Assembly (NCBI RefSeq): GCF_963921235.1
Contig: NC_086097.1
Location: forward strand, 64,420,001-64,484,000
DNA from: Mobula hypostoma
Taxonomy: Eukaryota
Direction: 5' to 3'
Length of the DNA: 64,000 bases
Shown here: in pieces, positions 25,165-38,169 of the stretch
How the letters are laid out: every line of letters starts with the position of its first letter
Position numbering within the stretch: the first letter of the stretch is position 1
The notes under the pieces: generated by a model
The model's input: only the letters and a program-made list of their open reading frames with translations
What the model was told of the DNA's origin: nothing
Databases searched by the model: none
Program-made: the position numbers and the translations under genes

Positions 25165-25717
25165 TCAATAGCACTAATACTAGGTAAACTGCATCAGGTT
25201 AGTTCTGGACAGGACGTACAAGCAGATTCATTTCTAGGGAGATTTTACAGGTGGAAGCAAAGACACTTAAGCTCACTTACATTTTTTGGTTTGTGTTTTT
25301 AGATGATAAATATTATACAAAATAAATAAAAAAAACATAGAAATAAAGTCTTTAAATGCTTATTCCATGAGAAGTATTTGTAAATAGTTAGTTTTGAATT
25401 TGAAAGAGGTGAAGGCATGTTTATTTCAGACATTTTGTTCTGCCCCATCCATGTGATCCTGTTGCACTTCACCAGGTCTTTGCATTGCTCTGGATCTTGC
25501 TGATTGGGTCTTGGGCACGCTTGCCCATCAGGTTTGGCTTTATAAATCTGAACACATAATTGTAGAGCAATGGGGAATCCAAGTAGTTTGTAGGTTGCAA
25601 AAAGCCTCAGTGACCTTGCATAAACAAGGCAAGTAATTATAGTTCAGACAGGCAAGTATTATGACATTAAAGTGTGTAATAGTCCTGAGGAACTGAAGAA
25701 TAATTCCTATTCCTTAA

Positions 25718-26442
25718 CGTTCAAGTTTAATTGTCATTCAGCCATACGTGAGTATCTATGAATACAGCCAAATGAAACAGCTTTACTCAGGGGCAAAGGT
25801 ACAAAACACTGTACAGTCAAACACAGCACAAAGCACATACAGCAAATGTAAGGTAGCAAGCACATTTAAGATGTCAGTCAAATTCACTCATACAAAAAAT
25901 ATATAGTCCAAGACTTGAGTCCATGAATGTTGCAGAAATTTGCAGTCGACCACAATACAGCGTGTCTTCTGCTGAGCGAACACTGGGATGGCAGCACTTA
26001 CTTCAGCTTGGGGGCTGTAAACAGGCAGCACCATGGCTTGAGGCCTAGTCCTTGCTATGACCAAGGTCATTCAGATCCCCCACCGTACGCCAATAAATAA
26101 ATAAGTGAATCAGACTTGCAGCATTCCACGTTAACAGTGTCCAACAGGGTCTTGCAATCACAAGGAAAGCGACTAAGACGATCACTTGCTGTTAGACTGC
26201 ACACCTCCTTCATGCACCGACTCCTTCGATGCTTCTCTGGTGCAGGCAGCAGTGTGATCTACACCAAGTCCAGATCTTCACTTTCTCCGCCAGCGAGCAA
26301 CTCGCTGATGGGGTAGACCTGCAGTACTTGAAGTTCTTAATGTTCAGCAGGGTCTTGTGATCGTAAAAAATACATTTTAAAAGGACAATAACACCTTTGG
26401 TTGACCCTGCAGAAGCAGCTACGATCGAAGATGTCACCATCT
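25718..26442 (-). mobile_element. Non-autonomous LINE-derived retroposon (family B)
   Basis: Similar to 61276-62015 and, in the opposite orientation, 27240-27452. Minus strand begins AAGATGGTGAC and ends ATGACAATTAAACTTGAAC. Confidence 0.65.
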
Positions 26443-27458
26443 TACTGAAAGTTTAGCAGTCTTTGTCATAGAGGTGGAAATTGGCAATCTTTATTATCAA
26501 GTGTATGAATCTAAGTGCAAGGCTGACTAAGAAGAAGCGTCTGGTTCAGTGAGAGACAGTGGTCACACAGAAGAATGGAATTTTAGCAAATTTATGAAGC
26601 TTGTGCCAAGAGCCAATTTTGGCACATCCAGGGAAGGATGCTCATTGAACTAAATGGTTGTCAGTGGGGTGGCTAGATTTTATCAAGCAAGCATCTATTA
26701 TGAATCTTGTGAGTAACTGGAACTGATTTAGATTGCTAGTCTAAGACTCTTAAAAATAGTTTTGCACCACTTATTGATCAACTACTGGCAGTTCTTCAGG
26801 AAAGCCAAGTGCACCTATCTGAAACAACATGTAGGTCAGATGCCGGTTTGTGTGCCTATTTCCACTGGCATATTGAAGAGCTGAATGCATTCAGTAGCTC
26901 ACCCTTTAGCTTTAAACCAGGATTGACTGATATTTGGACAAGAACCCCATCCATAATAATGGGGTCATTATTTCTACAAAAAAGTTAAAGGCAGGTACAT
27001 GTTTGAATTATTTTACTTGTAAAAATGTAAAATTAAATTCAATGATTATTTTAGTATTTTCAATTGTGTTTATTATTTCTTTAGTAGTTTTTAATTTAAA
27101 GCTATTTGAATACATTATAGATGAATCTGAAATTAATTTCTGGTTTTTTGCCTCAATCGTCTTCAAACAGTTCCTGAATATACTCAGTCCATCTGTTCAT
27201 AATTTCATCTTTTTCCATGATAATGGCATCGTCCTTTGCTTTTAAAATGTATTTTTTATGATCACAAGACCCTGCGGAACACTAAGAACTCCAAGTACTG
27301 CAGATCTATCCCATCAACGAGTTGCTCGCTGGCAGAGGAAGTGAAGATCTAGACTTGGTGCAGATCACACTGCTGCCTGCATCAGAGGAGTTGGTGCATG
27401 TGCGCAGTCTAACAGCAAGTGATCGTCTTAGTCACTTTCCTTGTGAATTACAAGTACG

Positions 27459-28213
27459 GAGGAAGAACTACAAAACTTAATTGATATAGTTGTTGAAGAA
27501 AGTGCAAAAATGGGTCTATCTATCAATTACAAAAAGACAGAATGTATGGTGATATCCAAAAAGAAGGAGAATCCTATCTGCAGGTGAGAATAAATGGGGA
27601 AGACATAAAACAATTACAGAACTTGTGCTACTTAGGAAGCTGGGTGACATCAGATGGCAGGTGCGACATGGACATCAAAAGAAGAATAGGGATGGCAAAA
27701 GACACCTTTACAAGAATGAAAAGTGTACTGACCAATACTAAACTAGGCATGACAACCCGCCTCAGAGTACTGAATTGTTACATTTATCCAGTTATGTTAT
27801 ATGGCTCAGAATGTTGGACAGTATTTAGTAACATGAAGAAATGAATTGAAGAAGCAGATATGTGGTTTTTGAGGAGGATGCAAAGAATATCATGGATGAA
27901 ACGAATATCTAACGAGGATGTTATGAACAGAGCAAACACAAAAAGAGAAATAATGTATGAGATCATGAAAAGGCAACGTAACTTGGTTGGACATGTGATT
28001 AGGAAAGAGGAGTTAGAATGCATGGTAATTATGGGAAAGATTGAAAGGAAGAAAGCAAAAGGAAGACAAAGACAAATGATGATGGAGACAGCAGTCAGAG
28101 AACTGGAAACGAATACCAATGAATTGATCCACTTGACCCGAAACAGGAGTGTGTGGGCCATGGCAGTCAAAGCTGAAACTGGGCACGGCACCTGATGATG
28201 ATGATGATGATGA
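27459..28213 (+). mobile_element. RTE-clade LINE 3' fragment
   Basis: LCYLGSWVTSDGRCDMDIKRRIGMAK, YPVMLYGSECWT, MWFLRRMQRISW, GKIERKKAKGRQR; (GAT)n tail at 28194-28213. Confidence 0.88.
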
Positions 28214-29385
28214 TAGATGAATCAGTTTTATTAGATATTCAGAAACTCTGCAAACTCTTAAGATTGATAGTAAATTTTAGAAATAGGATACCAAAAGTGT
28301 GAAAATGCTAAATCATTGAAAATTTAACTAAACATAAATGGTTTAAACCATTAAAATAAAGCAAAATATTATCCTTCCATTAAACTTATTAACTCTTTGT
28401 ACTTAATTGAAATCAGTGTGATCTCAGACCAAGCACAAGATCTGAAATTGTATCTGCTACCCTATCCAAACACTATGGTGTAATTTTGAGTATTCCCAGC
28501 AAGACTTAGTTATGCTGTCGGACTCCATGTGGAAACCACTGGCAGACTGAAAGAGAAAAAGGCTACTTTTCTGATCTCTTTGGTCTGTATCTTGCAGATT
28601 TGGACAACGTAGTTTAAATTGAGTTAGCTGATCTCAACTATGGCTATAATAAAGCATTAGAATTGGTTCCAGTGATTCCAATATAAGAGGAAGAAATGAT
28701 CAGCTATGCTTTTTTTAAATTGCTGGTTGACATCCAGGAAGGGGAATACTTTGATTAGCCTTTTACTTTTGTCACTTGCCCCTTTCATCCCGTTTTCTAA
28801 TTACATCACTACCACAATCTATGTAACCAAGATCTGTTAAGAGGCTAACAGCATTATGTTGAGTTATTGCACTTGCTAAGTTGTGAGGGCTATCATCAAA
28901 CAGTCACAAAACGTTATTCAACATTATTCACTGTCTTCAGGAAAAATGAAGGAGGGAAGCAAAATATGTTCTTTCTGGACAAATTTGTGATTTAGTTTAT
29001 CATGCCTTAATATTTTCATTTTAATAGTGTTTTGGAATAGGATAAAGAAAATTTATAAGAAGGGGTGAATTTTACATAGTTTAGGTATTGAGGAAGAACC
29101 ACTAAAATTCATGGAAAATGTGTATTATTTACTTAAAAATCTAGTAGCTGGGTTACTAGATTTGTATAAAATGTCTGCTACAATATAGAAATAAAATGTT
29201 CATACGAAAACATCAATCAAAAATCAGCCTTCTGTCATATTCTCATTCAACGGTCCACTTAAGTTAAAGGAAAGGAGGAGCGATTTTCTTTAACATCTTG
29301 TCAGTGGACTTGCATTAAATATGACAAGGTAGTGGTATCAAACTAATTGTGATTTGTAATTGCTGATCTGGTGAGGATCTTTATA

Positions 29386-29895
29386 CGAGCGGTGATTGAT
29401 AAGTTCGTGGCCTAAGGTAGACGGAGTCAATTTTAGAAAACCTAGCACATTTATTTTTCAACATACTCACACTTAGTCCAGCGGTCGTGGAGCATACAAA
29501 TCCCTTCTTTGTAGAAGTTAGTGTCTTGGACCTCCAGAAAGTGGTCCACAGCAGGGGTGATTGATAAGTTTGTGGCTTAAGGTAGAAGGAGGTGAGTTAT
29601 TAACTTAAAACTTTCTGCATAATCACTCAAAGAGTTGAACTGCACGTGCATGTAATGAGAGCTGTATAACTCGTCTCCTTCTAGCTTAGACCGCGAACTT
29701 ATCAATCACCCCTGCTGTGGACCACTTTCTGAAGGTCCAAGACGCCGACTTGTACAAAGAAGGGATCCGTATGCTCCACGGCCACTGGACTAAGTGTATA
29801 AATGTAGGAGGAGACTATGTTGAAAAGTAAATACGCTGGGTTTTCTAAAATTGACTCCTTCTACCTTAGGCCACAAACTTATCAATCACCCCTCG
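29386..29895. mobile_element. Palindromic mariner-type MITE
   Basis: TA TSD (29384-29385, 29896-29897). Ends CGAGCGGTGATTGATAAGTT / AACTTATCAATCACCCCTCG; the whole 510 bp is an imperfect inverted repeat. Confidence 0.88.
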
Positions 29896-29977
29896 TATAA
29901 ATGCTGATTATATAGTCTTGCTTATGGACATGAATCTTTTTATTGCTACGTCTGAAAATACGATTTTGTGATTACAG

Positions 29978-30057
29978 GTATCTATAGGGAGCTCTGTTTA
30001 AAAACTGTAAAGAACCAATATGAATGTGAGGTACAGGCTGCATTCCAACACTGGGAG
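29978..30057 (+). CDS. BRMS1L: BRMS1L coding exon 4, 80 nt
   Basis: ttacag acceptor and gtaagc donor. [27 protein letters not shown] (Sds3-like domain). Confidence 0.95.
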
Positions 30058-30844
30058 GTAAGCAGTAATCAGTCACAAGCACTCAAGCTATTGCAGAGGG
30101 TCACTGTTTGAAGAGGAGGTTCTTACCTTGTGTATCTGGTGCCTTTGCTATTTCCTGATTCAGCATCTAGTGGTTTGAATTGTAGAGATGTTAGATGTGT
30201 TTTAAAATCCCATTTAACATTGAGCTGATATACAAGACATGAAAATATAAAAACAACACTTGGTCTCCAGTAATACTAGAGACACAGACTAGGTAACCAT
30301 GGCAGATTTTCTTCTCTGAAGAATATAAGTAAACCAATTGTTATTGTGAAACAATTAGCTGGCATTTTGGTGACTCTTACTGATGTAGATGTTTTAATAA
30401 AGTCAATTTCATAGTCTTAAACTGTCACAGTGTGGTACTTTTTTGGATTAGCATTCCAGTAATGAAATACTTCACCACCATATCCAGCTATCTTTGGCAG
30501 CACTGTCAGGAATGATTGCCTCCTAATCTCCGTGAAGAATAAGTTTTGTTTTCACCATTTTCATGTATTATTGAAAGTAGCATTTTAAAACAGGGTATTC
30601 AGGAGGCTGTACCAACAGTAGTTTTATATTTTAGCTTCACAATGTGTAACTTAATAACTGGCATGCCTCCTTGGCATCAAGCCATATGACAGATTATTGC
30701 ACAATGTGAAGGACGGATGAGTATTTGGTGAGTAGCACCAAGAACGCCTAAAAATGAGGAGCCGTCGTGGTGCAGCCACATCACAGGACTAAATCACAGT
30801 ATCATCATGCTTACTCATCAATATTAGTAGGTAATCACCTAGAA

Positions 30845-31103
30845 GCCGGCTGGTGGCATAGTGGCATCAGCGCTGGACTTTGGGGTGAGAGGTCCCGAGT
30901 TCGATCCCAGCCGGCACCCTTGCACGCTCTCTATCCGTGCTGGGTTAAGAGCAGGTGATCTCTTTTAAAAAAAAACTCACCCGGCCGAAGGCAATGGCAA
31001 ACCACTGCTGTAACTTGCCTCGTACACAATTTCCCAATACGTCAGAGCAGCGTGGAAGGAAATCACCCGCTAACTGGAAAATTCCGGATGCGACATACCT
31101 ACC
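30845..31103 (+). mobile_element. tRNA-derived SINE
   Basis: GCCGGCTGG...CCAGCCGGC acceptor-like stem, A box TGGCATAGTGG, B box GAGTTCGATCC, AATGGCAAACCACT motif, (ACCT)n tail. Confidence 0.8.
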
Positions 31104-31577
31104 TAATCATCAAGAGAAGGAGCATATTCTCATAGCAAGTCATAGAATCAATAGGAGTTCTGGTGAAAACAGTTGTCCAGTCTAAGCTATTGGGCTGTAG
31201 CATTGCTTATTATTGTAACTGGTTCATATTTAAGTCCTTTTTAAATATGATGTAGGTTTATAACTGCATTATACTTCCAGGCTTTTAGTGCCCTCTCGGA
31301 GAAAATACATTTTTCTTGACTCACTGCTAATCTTTCTCTTAAATTGATGAGTGTAATCCTTTCATTTTATATTGACAGAGCCTGGTTTGTGAATACAGAA
31401 ATTGTTGATGAAATATTTACAAATGTCTTCATTCAGTCCTTCTCCTGATAGAATGCAAATTGGTGATGGTAGACACATTAACGAATGATGGAAATACAGC
31501 AGGCCCTGATCAAATTTGAGCTACATTGCAGGGCACCTTTTATCTAAAACTATTCTCTGGCCTTAGTTTTTTTTCCA

Positions 31578-32545
31578 ATAAAAAGTTTGTGAACCCTTTG
31601 CAATTACCTGGTTTTCTGCATTAATTGCTCATAAAATGTGATCTGATCTTCATCTAAGTCACAATAATAGACAATCGCAATCTGCCTAAACTAAAAACGC
31701 ACAAACAATTGTACTTTCCATGTCTTTGTTGAATTCATTGTTCAATCATTCACAGTCCATGCTGGAAAAAGTATGTGAACCCTTGTATTTAATAATTGGT
31801 AGAACCTCCTTTAACAGCAATAACCTCCACCAAACACTTCCTGTAGCTGCTGATCAGACTTGCACATCAGCAAGGAGGAATCTTAGACCATTCCTCCAGT
31901 CAAAACTGTTTAAGTTCATCAATATTTCTGGGATATCTTGCATGAACAGTCCTCTTCAGGTCATGCCACAACATCTCAATTAGGTTGAGGTCTAGACTCT
32001 GATTTGGCCATTCCAAAACACGAACTTTCTTCTTTTTATACTATTCTGTTGTTGATTTACTTATGTTTCTGATCATTGTCTTGTGCATTATCCAACTTCT
32101 CTTAAGCCTCAGGTGACAGGCAGTTAAAATGTCTTGATACAATTTTGAATTCATTGTTCCCTCAATGACAGTAAGCTGTCTGGGCCCTGAGGCAGCAAAG
32201 CAGCCCTAAACTATGATGCTCTGTCTACCATGCTTCATAGTTGGAATGAGGTTTTGCTGTTGATGTGCAGTGCCCTTTTTCCTCCAAATATAGTGGTGTG
32301 CATTTCTGCCAAAAAAGTTAAATTTCTGTCTCATCTGTCCACAGAACATCATCCCAGAAGCGTTGTGGAACATCTAGGTGGTCTTTTGCAAACATGAGAC
32401 GTGCAGCAAAGTTTGATTTGGAAAGCAGAGGTTTCCTCTGTGGTGTCCTTTCTCGTTCAGTGTTTTTCTTATAGTGGACATATGAACAGAGACTTCAGAA
32501 AGTGCTAGAGATTTCTGCACGTCTTTTGCTGCTACTCTTAGGCTC
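31578..32545 (-). mobile_element. Tc1-like transposon relic (3' transposase and one IR/DR terminus)
   Basis: Minus strand PTMKHG...GCFAASGP and EWPNQSLDLNLIEMLWHDLK. Direct repeats AAAAGT(T/A)TGTGAACCCTT at ~31581 and ~31767. Confidence 0.85.
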
Positions 32546-33227
32546 AAATGTACTGGTTCTAATGTGTCCCAGTTAACTGTATCATAGGAACTTGTGCAAA
32601 CTATAGGCAGTTGTCTTCAATGGCTTCATCAATGATCTTCTTTCATTAATTTTTTTAGAAGTAGGGCTGATCACTGACTGCTTTATTTTGAGTTGAGAAG
32701 TGTCAAACATCATTTGTGAAAAACAAATGTCAGAGAATTACTGCCTCTAAGAAGGAAGCATAACTGCTTCCTCTTGACAATCACTTGTAGAGACCCTGCC
32801 AGGAAGATCATGGGAGGTTGGTGATGGAGTGGCTGGTGTCATTAACCCAAAATTAAAATAGAACATCCACACACATATCATTATTACTGAAATAGTTGAG
32901 AGAATGAGCATTTTGAACTAAAAAGCTTGGCTTCTTGACTTCTCCACTCCATAACACCTGCAAAACATGTCAGGGATGTGTTTGAAATACTTTCTATTTA
33001 TCTGAAAGGATGTGCATTTAGCATCAGGTGAGTTTAACAATTTTCAGGTCAGATCCATTTGATTGACATGGAATCCCATGTAAAACATTCCACTCTTCTA
33101 CTATTGGTATGTTGTGTATTATCCAGAAGATGAGCTGTGCCAGATCGTCAAGTCCCTTTTAGTAACACTTGTAAAATCGGTGAATTCTAACACCTGGATG
33201 GCATGACCAGTAAGTACATCATAATAT

Positions 33228-34697
33228 AGAACATAGAACAGTACAGCACAGGAATGTTGTGACAACCTAACTATTCCCTCAGCTTACACAATGTGCATAT
33301 CCTTCCATCTTCCTCACATTTATATGATAGGTAGATACTTTATTGATCTCAAAGAAAATTATAGTGTCACGGTAGCATTACAAGTGCACAGGTATAAATA
33401 TTAGAACAGAAGTAGAAAGAATAAAAAGTAAATTAACACAAGCAGTCTAACAAGAGGGATCATCACTTCCTTCCTCGTCTATAGGTTGACTCATTATAGA
33501 GTAAGAATGACCTCAGATAGTGCTCTTTGGAGCAGCGCATTTGTCTTAGTCTATTACTAAAAGTGCTCCTTTGTTAAGTCAATGCTCTTTTAAGAGACCC
33601 ATCACAACCTCCTTCTTTACTTCAAATACCCCAGCATATCAATACACTAGGCACTGATCTCCATATCCTCCACATACTTCTCTTTGATAAATATTGATGT
33701 TAAGTACTCATTAAGGATGTCGCCCACATCCTCCACATACAAGCAAATGTGCCCGCCTTTATCCTTGAGTGCTCCTATCCTATCCCTTGTTATCCTCTTG
33801 CTCTTTATGTAAGTATAGAATGCTTGGGATTCTCTTTAATCCTACCTGCCAAAGACTTCTCATGGCCCCTCCTGGCTTTCCTAATTCCCTTCCTAAGTTC
33901 TTTTCTGGCTTCTTTATAATCCTCAGGGGCTTTGTTTGATTCTAGCTTCCTGAGCTTTACATACTTTTCCTTTTCCTTCTTGACTAAATTCATCATCTCT
34001 CTCGACAGGGTCTCTCATCTTGCCATTCTTGTTCTTTCTTCTAACTGGAACATCCCTGTTCTGTGCACTATGCAGTTGGTCTTTAAACACCTTACACATA
34101 TCGGATGTAGACTTACCCAAAAACAGCTGTTCCTCATTTTTGCCTAATGCTCTTGTAATTTTGCCCTGCTCCAATTTAATACCCTCCGATAAGGTCCATA
34201 CTTTCTATTGCTAACTTAAAACTTTAAGGAGTTGTGGTCACTGTTCTCTCACTGCTTCCCCACTGAAAGGTAGGTCCCCTGGCCAGGCTCCTTATCCAAT
34301 GCCAGGTCTAATACAACCCCACCTCTTGTTGGGCTATCTAGATATTAGGTTAAGAAACCCTCCTGGATGCTCCTAACAAATTCTGCCCCATCTAAACCTC
34401 TGCACTCAGTAAGTCCCAATTTACATTACGGAAGTTGAAGTTCACCATGACAACAACCCTATTGTTTTTACAACTTGTTGCACCCTTTCTATTTTTGAGT
34501 TCTACCTATATAGTGGACGATTCCTCCATTATGTCCACTCTTAAGTGCAGCTGTGATATTGTCCCTGATTAGTAGTGCAACACCCCTGCTCTCTTCGTTC
34601 ACCTCCCTCTAACTTTTATAAGACATTGAAACCCTGGGACATGAAGCACCCATTCCTGTCTCTGTAATGGCCACAACATCATAGTTCCAGCTACTGA
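33228..34697 (-). mobile_element. Decayed, internally deleted CR1
   Basis: YKEARKELRKGIRKARRGHEKSLAGRIKENPK; APE-region similarity to 47211-48489. Confidence 0.8.
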
Positions 34698-34744
34698 TAG
34701 AATTCAATAATATAATACAATTCACCCTGCACTTCGAGGGGGAG

Positions 34745-37528
34745 AAGCTAAAATCGATATATCAGTATTACAGTGGAGTAAATGGAACTACAGAGGCGTG
34801 AGAGAAGTGCTGGCCGAAGTTGATTAAAAGGGGACACAAGCAGGGATTAGATTAGATGAGGTTATGAGGACACGCAGTCCTCTTGTATTGTCATTTAGTA
34901 ATGCATGCATTAAGAAATGATACAATATTCCTCCGGTGTGATATCACAAAAACACAGGACAGACCAAGACTGAAAAACTAACAAAACCACATAATTATAA
35001 CATATAGTTACAACAGTGCAACAATACCATAACTTGATGAAGAACGGTCCATGGCACTGTAAAAAGTTCGAAGTTTCTCGAAAGTCCCACATCTCACGCA
35101 GACGGGAGAAGGAAGAAAACTCTCCCTGCCATGCCTGACCACAGTCCGACTCTGAGCCATCCGAAAACTTCGAGCTCTGATCAGCCGTCCGACACCGAGT
35201 ACCGAGCACCATCTCTGTCCGAACGTTTCGACCTCAGCCTCGGTCGCCAGCAGCAGGCAAAGCCGGGGATTTTGGGGCCTACCCTTTGGAGATTCTTGAT
35301 CGCACAGTAACAACAGCAGCGAACCAGGCATTCCAGAAATTTCTCCAGATGTTCCTCTGCTTCTCACGTCTGTCTTCATCAAATCGGAATTGTCCATGGC
35401 CCCTATTTAACAGATACGATATCATTTTTCATCGGAGAGCTTTGTGCTGCCATCTTCTCCTGCTGCCTATGCTGATAAGGGGAGAACACAATGGCTGGAG
35501 TTCCTGGGAACCATTCAGAAGGCACAGGATCAATTTATACCAAAGAAATAGTAGTATTCTAAAGGGAGGATGAGGCAAATGTGGCTGACAGGCAAAAGGA
35601 ATACTAAAAAATCAAGCAAAAATTAGTGGGAAACTTTTAAAAACCAAGAGAAGGCAACCAAAAGAGCAATAAGAAAAGATAAAATATGAAGATAAGCTAG
35701 CCAAAGATATAAAAGAGAATACCAAAAGTTTTTCCATATAATTAAGGAGTAAAAGAGAGGCAAGAATGGATATTGGACTGTTGGAAAATTATGCTGGAGA
35801 AGAGGTGATGGTGTACAAAGAAATGGCAGACGAACGTGGTGAGAACTTTGCATCGGTCTTCACTGTGGAAAATACCAACAGTATGCCAGAAATTGTGAGT
35901 GTGTCAAGGGGCAGAAGTGGATGTAGTTGCCATTACTAAGAAGGTGCTTGAGAAGCTTAAAAAGTCTGAAGGTAGATTAGTCATCTGGGTCAGAAGGTTC
36001 TGAAAAAGGTAGCTGAAGAGATTATGGAGGCACTAACAATGATCTTTCAAGAATGACGTGACTCTGGAATGGTTCCGAAGGACAAGAAAATTGCAAATGT
36101 CACTCCACTCTTCAAGAAGGAGTCACAAATCGTAAAACTTGAAGAAAGGAAATTATAGGCCAGTTAGCCTGATTTTGTTGGTTCGAAAGGTGTTGGAATC
36201 AATTATTAAGGATGATATTTGGGGGTACTTGGAAGCACTTGAAAAATAGGCTGAAGTCAGCATGGTTTCCTTAAGGGGAAATCTTGCTTGATAAATCTGT
36301 TTTGAAGAAATAACAGGCAGGAGAGACAAAGGAGAGTCAGTAGATGTTGTTTACTTGGATTTTCAGAAGGCCTTTGACATGGTGCCACACATGAGGCTGC
36401 TGAACAAGTTATCCCATGGTATTACAGTAAAGCATAGATAGAAGATTGACTGACTGGCAGAAGGCAAAGAGTGGGAATAAAGGAGGCCTTTTCTGGTTGG
36501 CTGCCGGTGACTTGTGGTGTTCCGCAGGAATCTGTTTGGGACCGCTTCTTTTCACGTTATATGTCAATGATTTGGATGACAGAATTGAAGGTTTTGTGGC
36601 CAATTTTGTGGACCATACAAACATAGATGGTAGGGTAGGTAGTGTTGAGAAAGCAGGGAATCTGCAGAAGAACTTGAACAGACTCGGAGAATGGGCAAAG
36701 ACGTGACGGATGGAATACAGTGTAGGGAAGTGTATGGTCATGCACTTTGGAAGAAGGAATAAAGCATAGACTATTTTCTAAGTGGGGAGAAAATTCAGAA
36801 ATCAGAGGTGCAAAGGGACTTAGAAGTCCTTGTGCAGAATTCCCTGTATGTTAACTTGCAGGTTGAGTTGGCAGTAAGGAATACAAATGCTATGTTAGCA
36901 CTCATTTTGAGGGATCTGGAATATAAAAGCAAGGATATGATGCTAAGGTTTTATAAGGCATCAGTCAGACCACACTCTGAGTATTGTGGGAAATTTTGGG
37001 TCCCTCATCTAAGAAAGGATGTACTGGCATTGGAGAGGGTCCAGAGGAGGTTTATAAGAATGATCCTGGGAGTGAACGGGCTAATGTATAAGGAGTTGTT
37101 TAATGGCTCTGGGCCTATACTCGTTGGAGTTTATAAGAATGAGGGGGGATCTAACTGAAATCTATTGAATATTGAAAGACCTAGATAGAGTGGCTGTGCA
37201 GAGGATATTTCCTACGGTGAAGAAATCTGGGACCGGGGGCATAGTCTCAGAATACAAAGATGTCCCTTTAGAACAGAGAAGAGGATGAATTTCTTTAGCC
37301 AGAGGGTAGTAAATCTGTGGAATTCATTGCCAAAGATATGGAAGCCAAGTCATTGGGTATATTCAATGCGGAAGATGAAAGGTTCTTGATTTGTAAAGAC
37401 ATCAAAGATTATGGGGAGATGGCAGGAGAATGGGGTTGAGAAAGATAAATCATCCATGATGAAATGGCAGAGCAGACTCGGAGGTCTGAAAGGCCTAATT
37501 CTGCTCTTGTGTCTTATGTTGTTATGGT
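34745..37528 (+). mobile_element. CR1 LINE ORF2 (decayed), interrupted by family A retroposon
   Basis: LGPLLFTLYVNDLDD, RPHSEYCGKFWVPHLRKDVLALERVQRRF, and a typical CR1 3' UTR. Confidence 0.85.
34845..35462 (-). mobile_element. Non-autonomous retroposon (family A, copy 2)
   Basis: Near full-length match to 19119-19725; (CTAAT)n tail on the minus strand. Confidence 0.7.
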
Positions 37529-37814
37529 CTTGCATAGGAATTCACTCCTGGTTCACTCCATCCCAAGCATCATCAGGCCTAACTCCTTCGCATTGTTTGG
37601 TCATATAACGTAAAACTTGCACCTCCCTATTTGATAATATTATGTACTGCTTTAATAACATAGGTTGGAATAGTTCAAAAATGTCTATCGCTATTTCAGC
37701 ATAATAAATACCAGCCTATGTATGCACATCCTGAAAGTAAATGAAGGGTGAAAAATAGTTATGTATTAAATAAAATCATTGTGAATATCACATATATATT
37801 GTTTTGCTTCCTAG

Positions 37815-37911
37815 AGTGAGAAGTTGCTTCTGTATGATACTGTACAGAGTGAACTGGAGGAGAGAATACGGAGACTTGAAGAAGATAGGCACAGCATTGA
37901 TATCACATCAG
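37815..37911 (+). CDS. BRMS1L: BRMS1L coding exon 5, 97 nt
   Basis: cctag acceptor and gtatat donor. [32 protein letters not shown]. Confidence 0.95.
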
Positions 37912-37947
37912 GTATATCAGCTTTCAATTTAAACTCAATTTATTTAA

Positions 37948-38169
37948 GCAACACGCACAAAATGCTGGTAGAAATCAGCAGGCCAGACAGCATCCATAGG
38001 AAGAAGCACAGTTGACGTTTCGGGCCGAGACCCTGTCCTGACGAAGGGTCTCAGCCTGAAATGTCGACTGTGCATCTTCCTATGGATGCTGTCTGGCCTG
38101 CTGCGTTCCACCAGCATTTTGTGTGTGTAGCTTGAATTTCCAGCATCTGCAGAATTCCTCGTGTTTGCG
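37948..38169. mobile_element. Fold-back Penelope-pLTR mini-element
   Basis: 13-bp TSD TCAATTTATTTAA (37935-37947, 38170-38182); ~85-bp inverted arms; CTGACGA...GAAA at 38038-38061. Confidence 0.85.

Noticed and set aside
30845..30915. Functional tRNA gene
   Set aside because: The tRNA-like head continues into a SINE body and tandem tail; there is no convincing cloverleaf or oligo-T terminator right after it. The same applies to 10310-10385.
33228..37528. Head-to-head CR1 pieces as one twin-primed inverted insertion
   Set aside because: The pieces overlap in ORF2 position, look like different subfamilies, and each has its own 3' tail.
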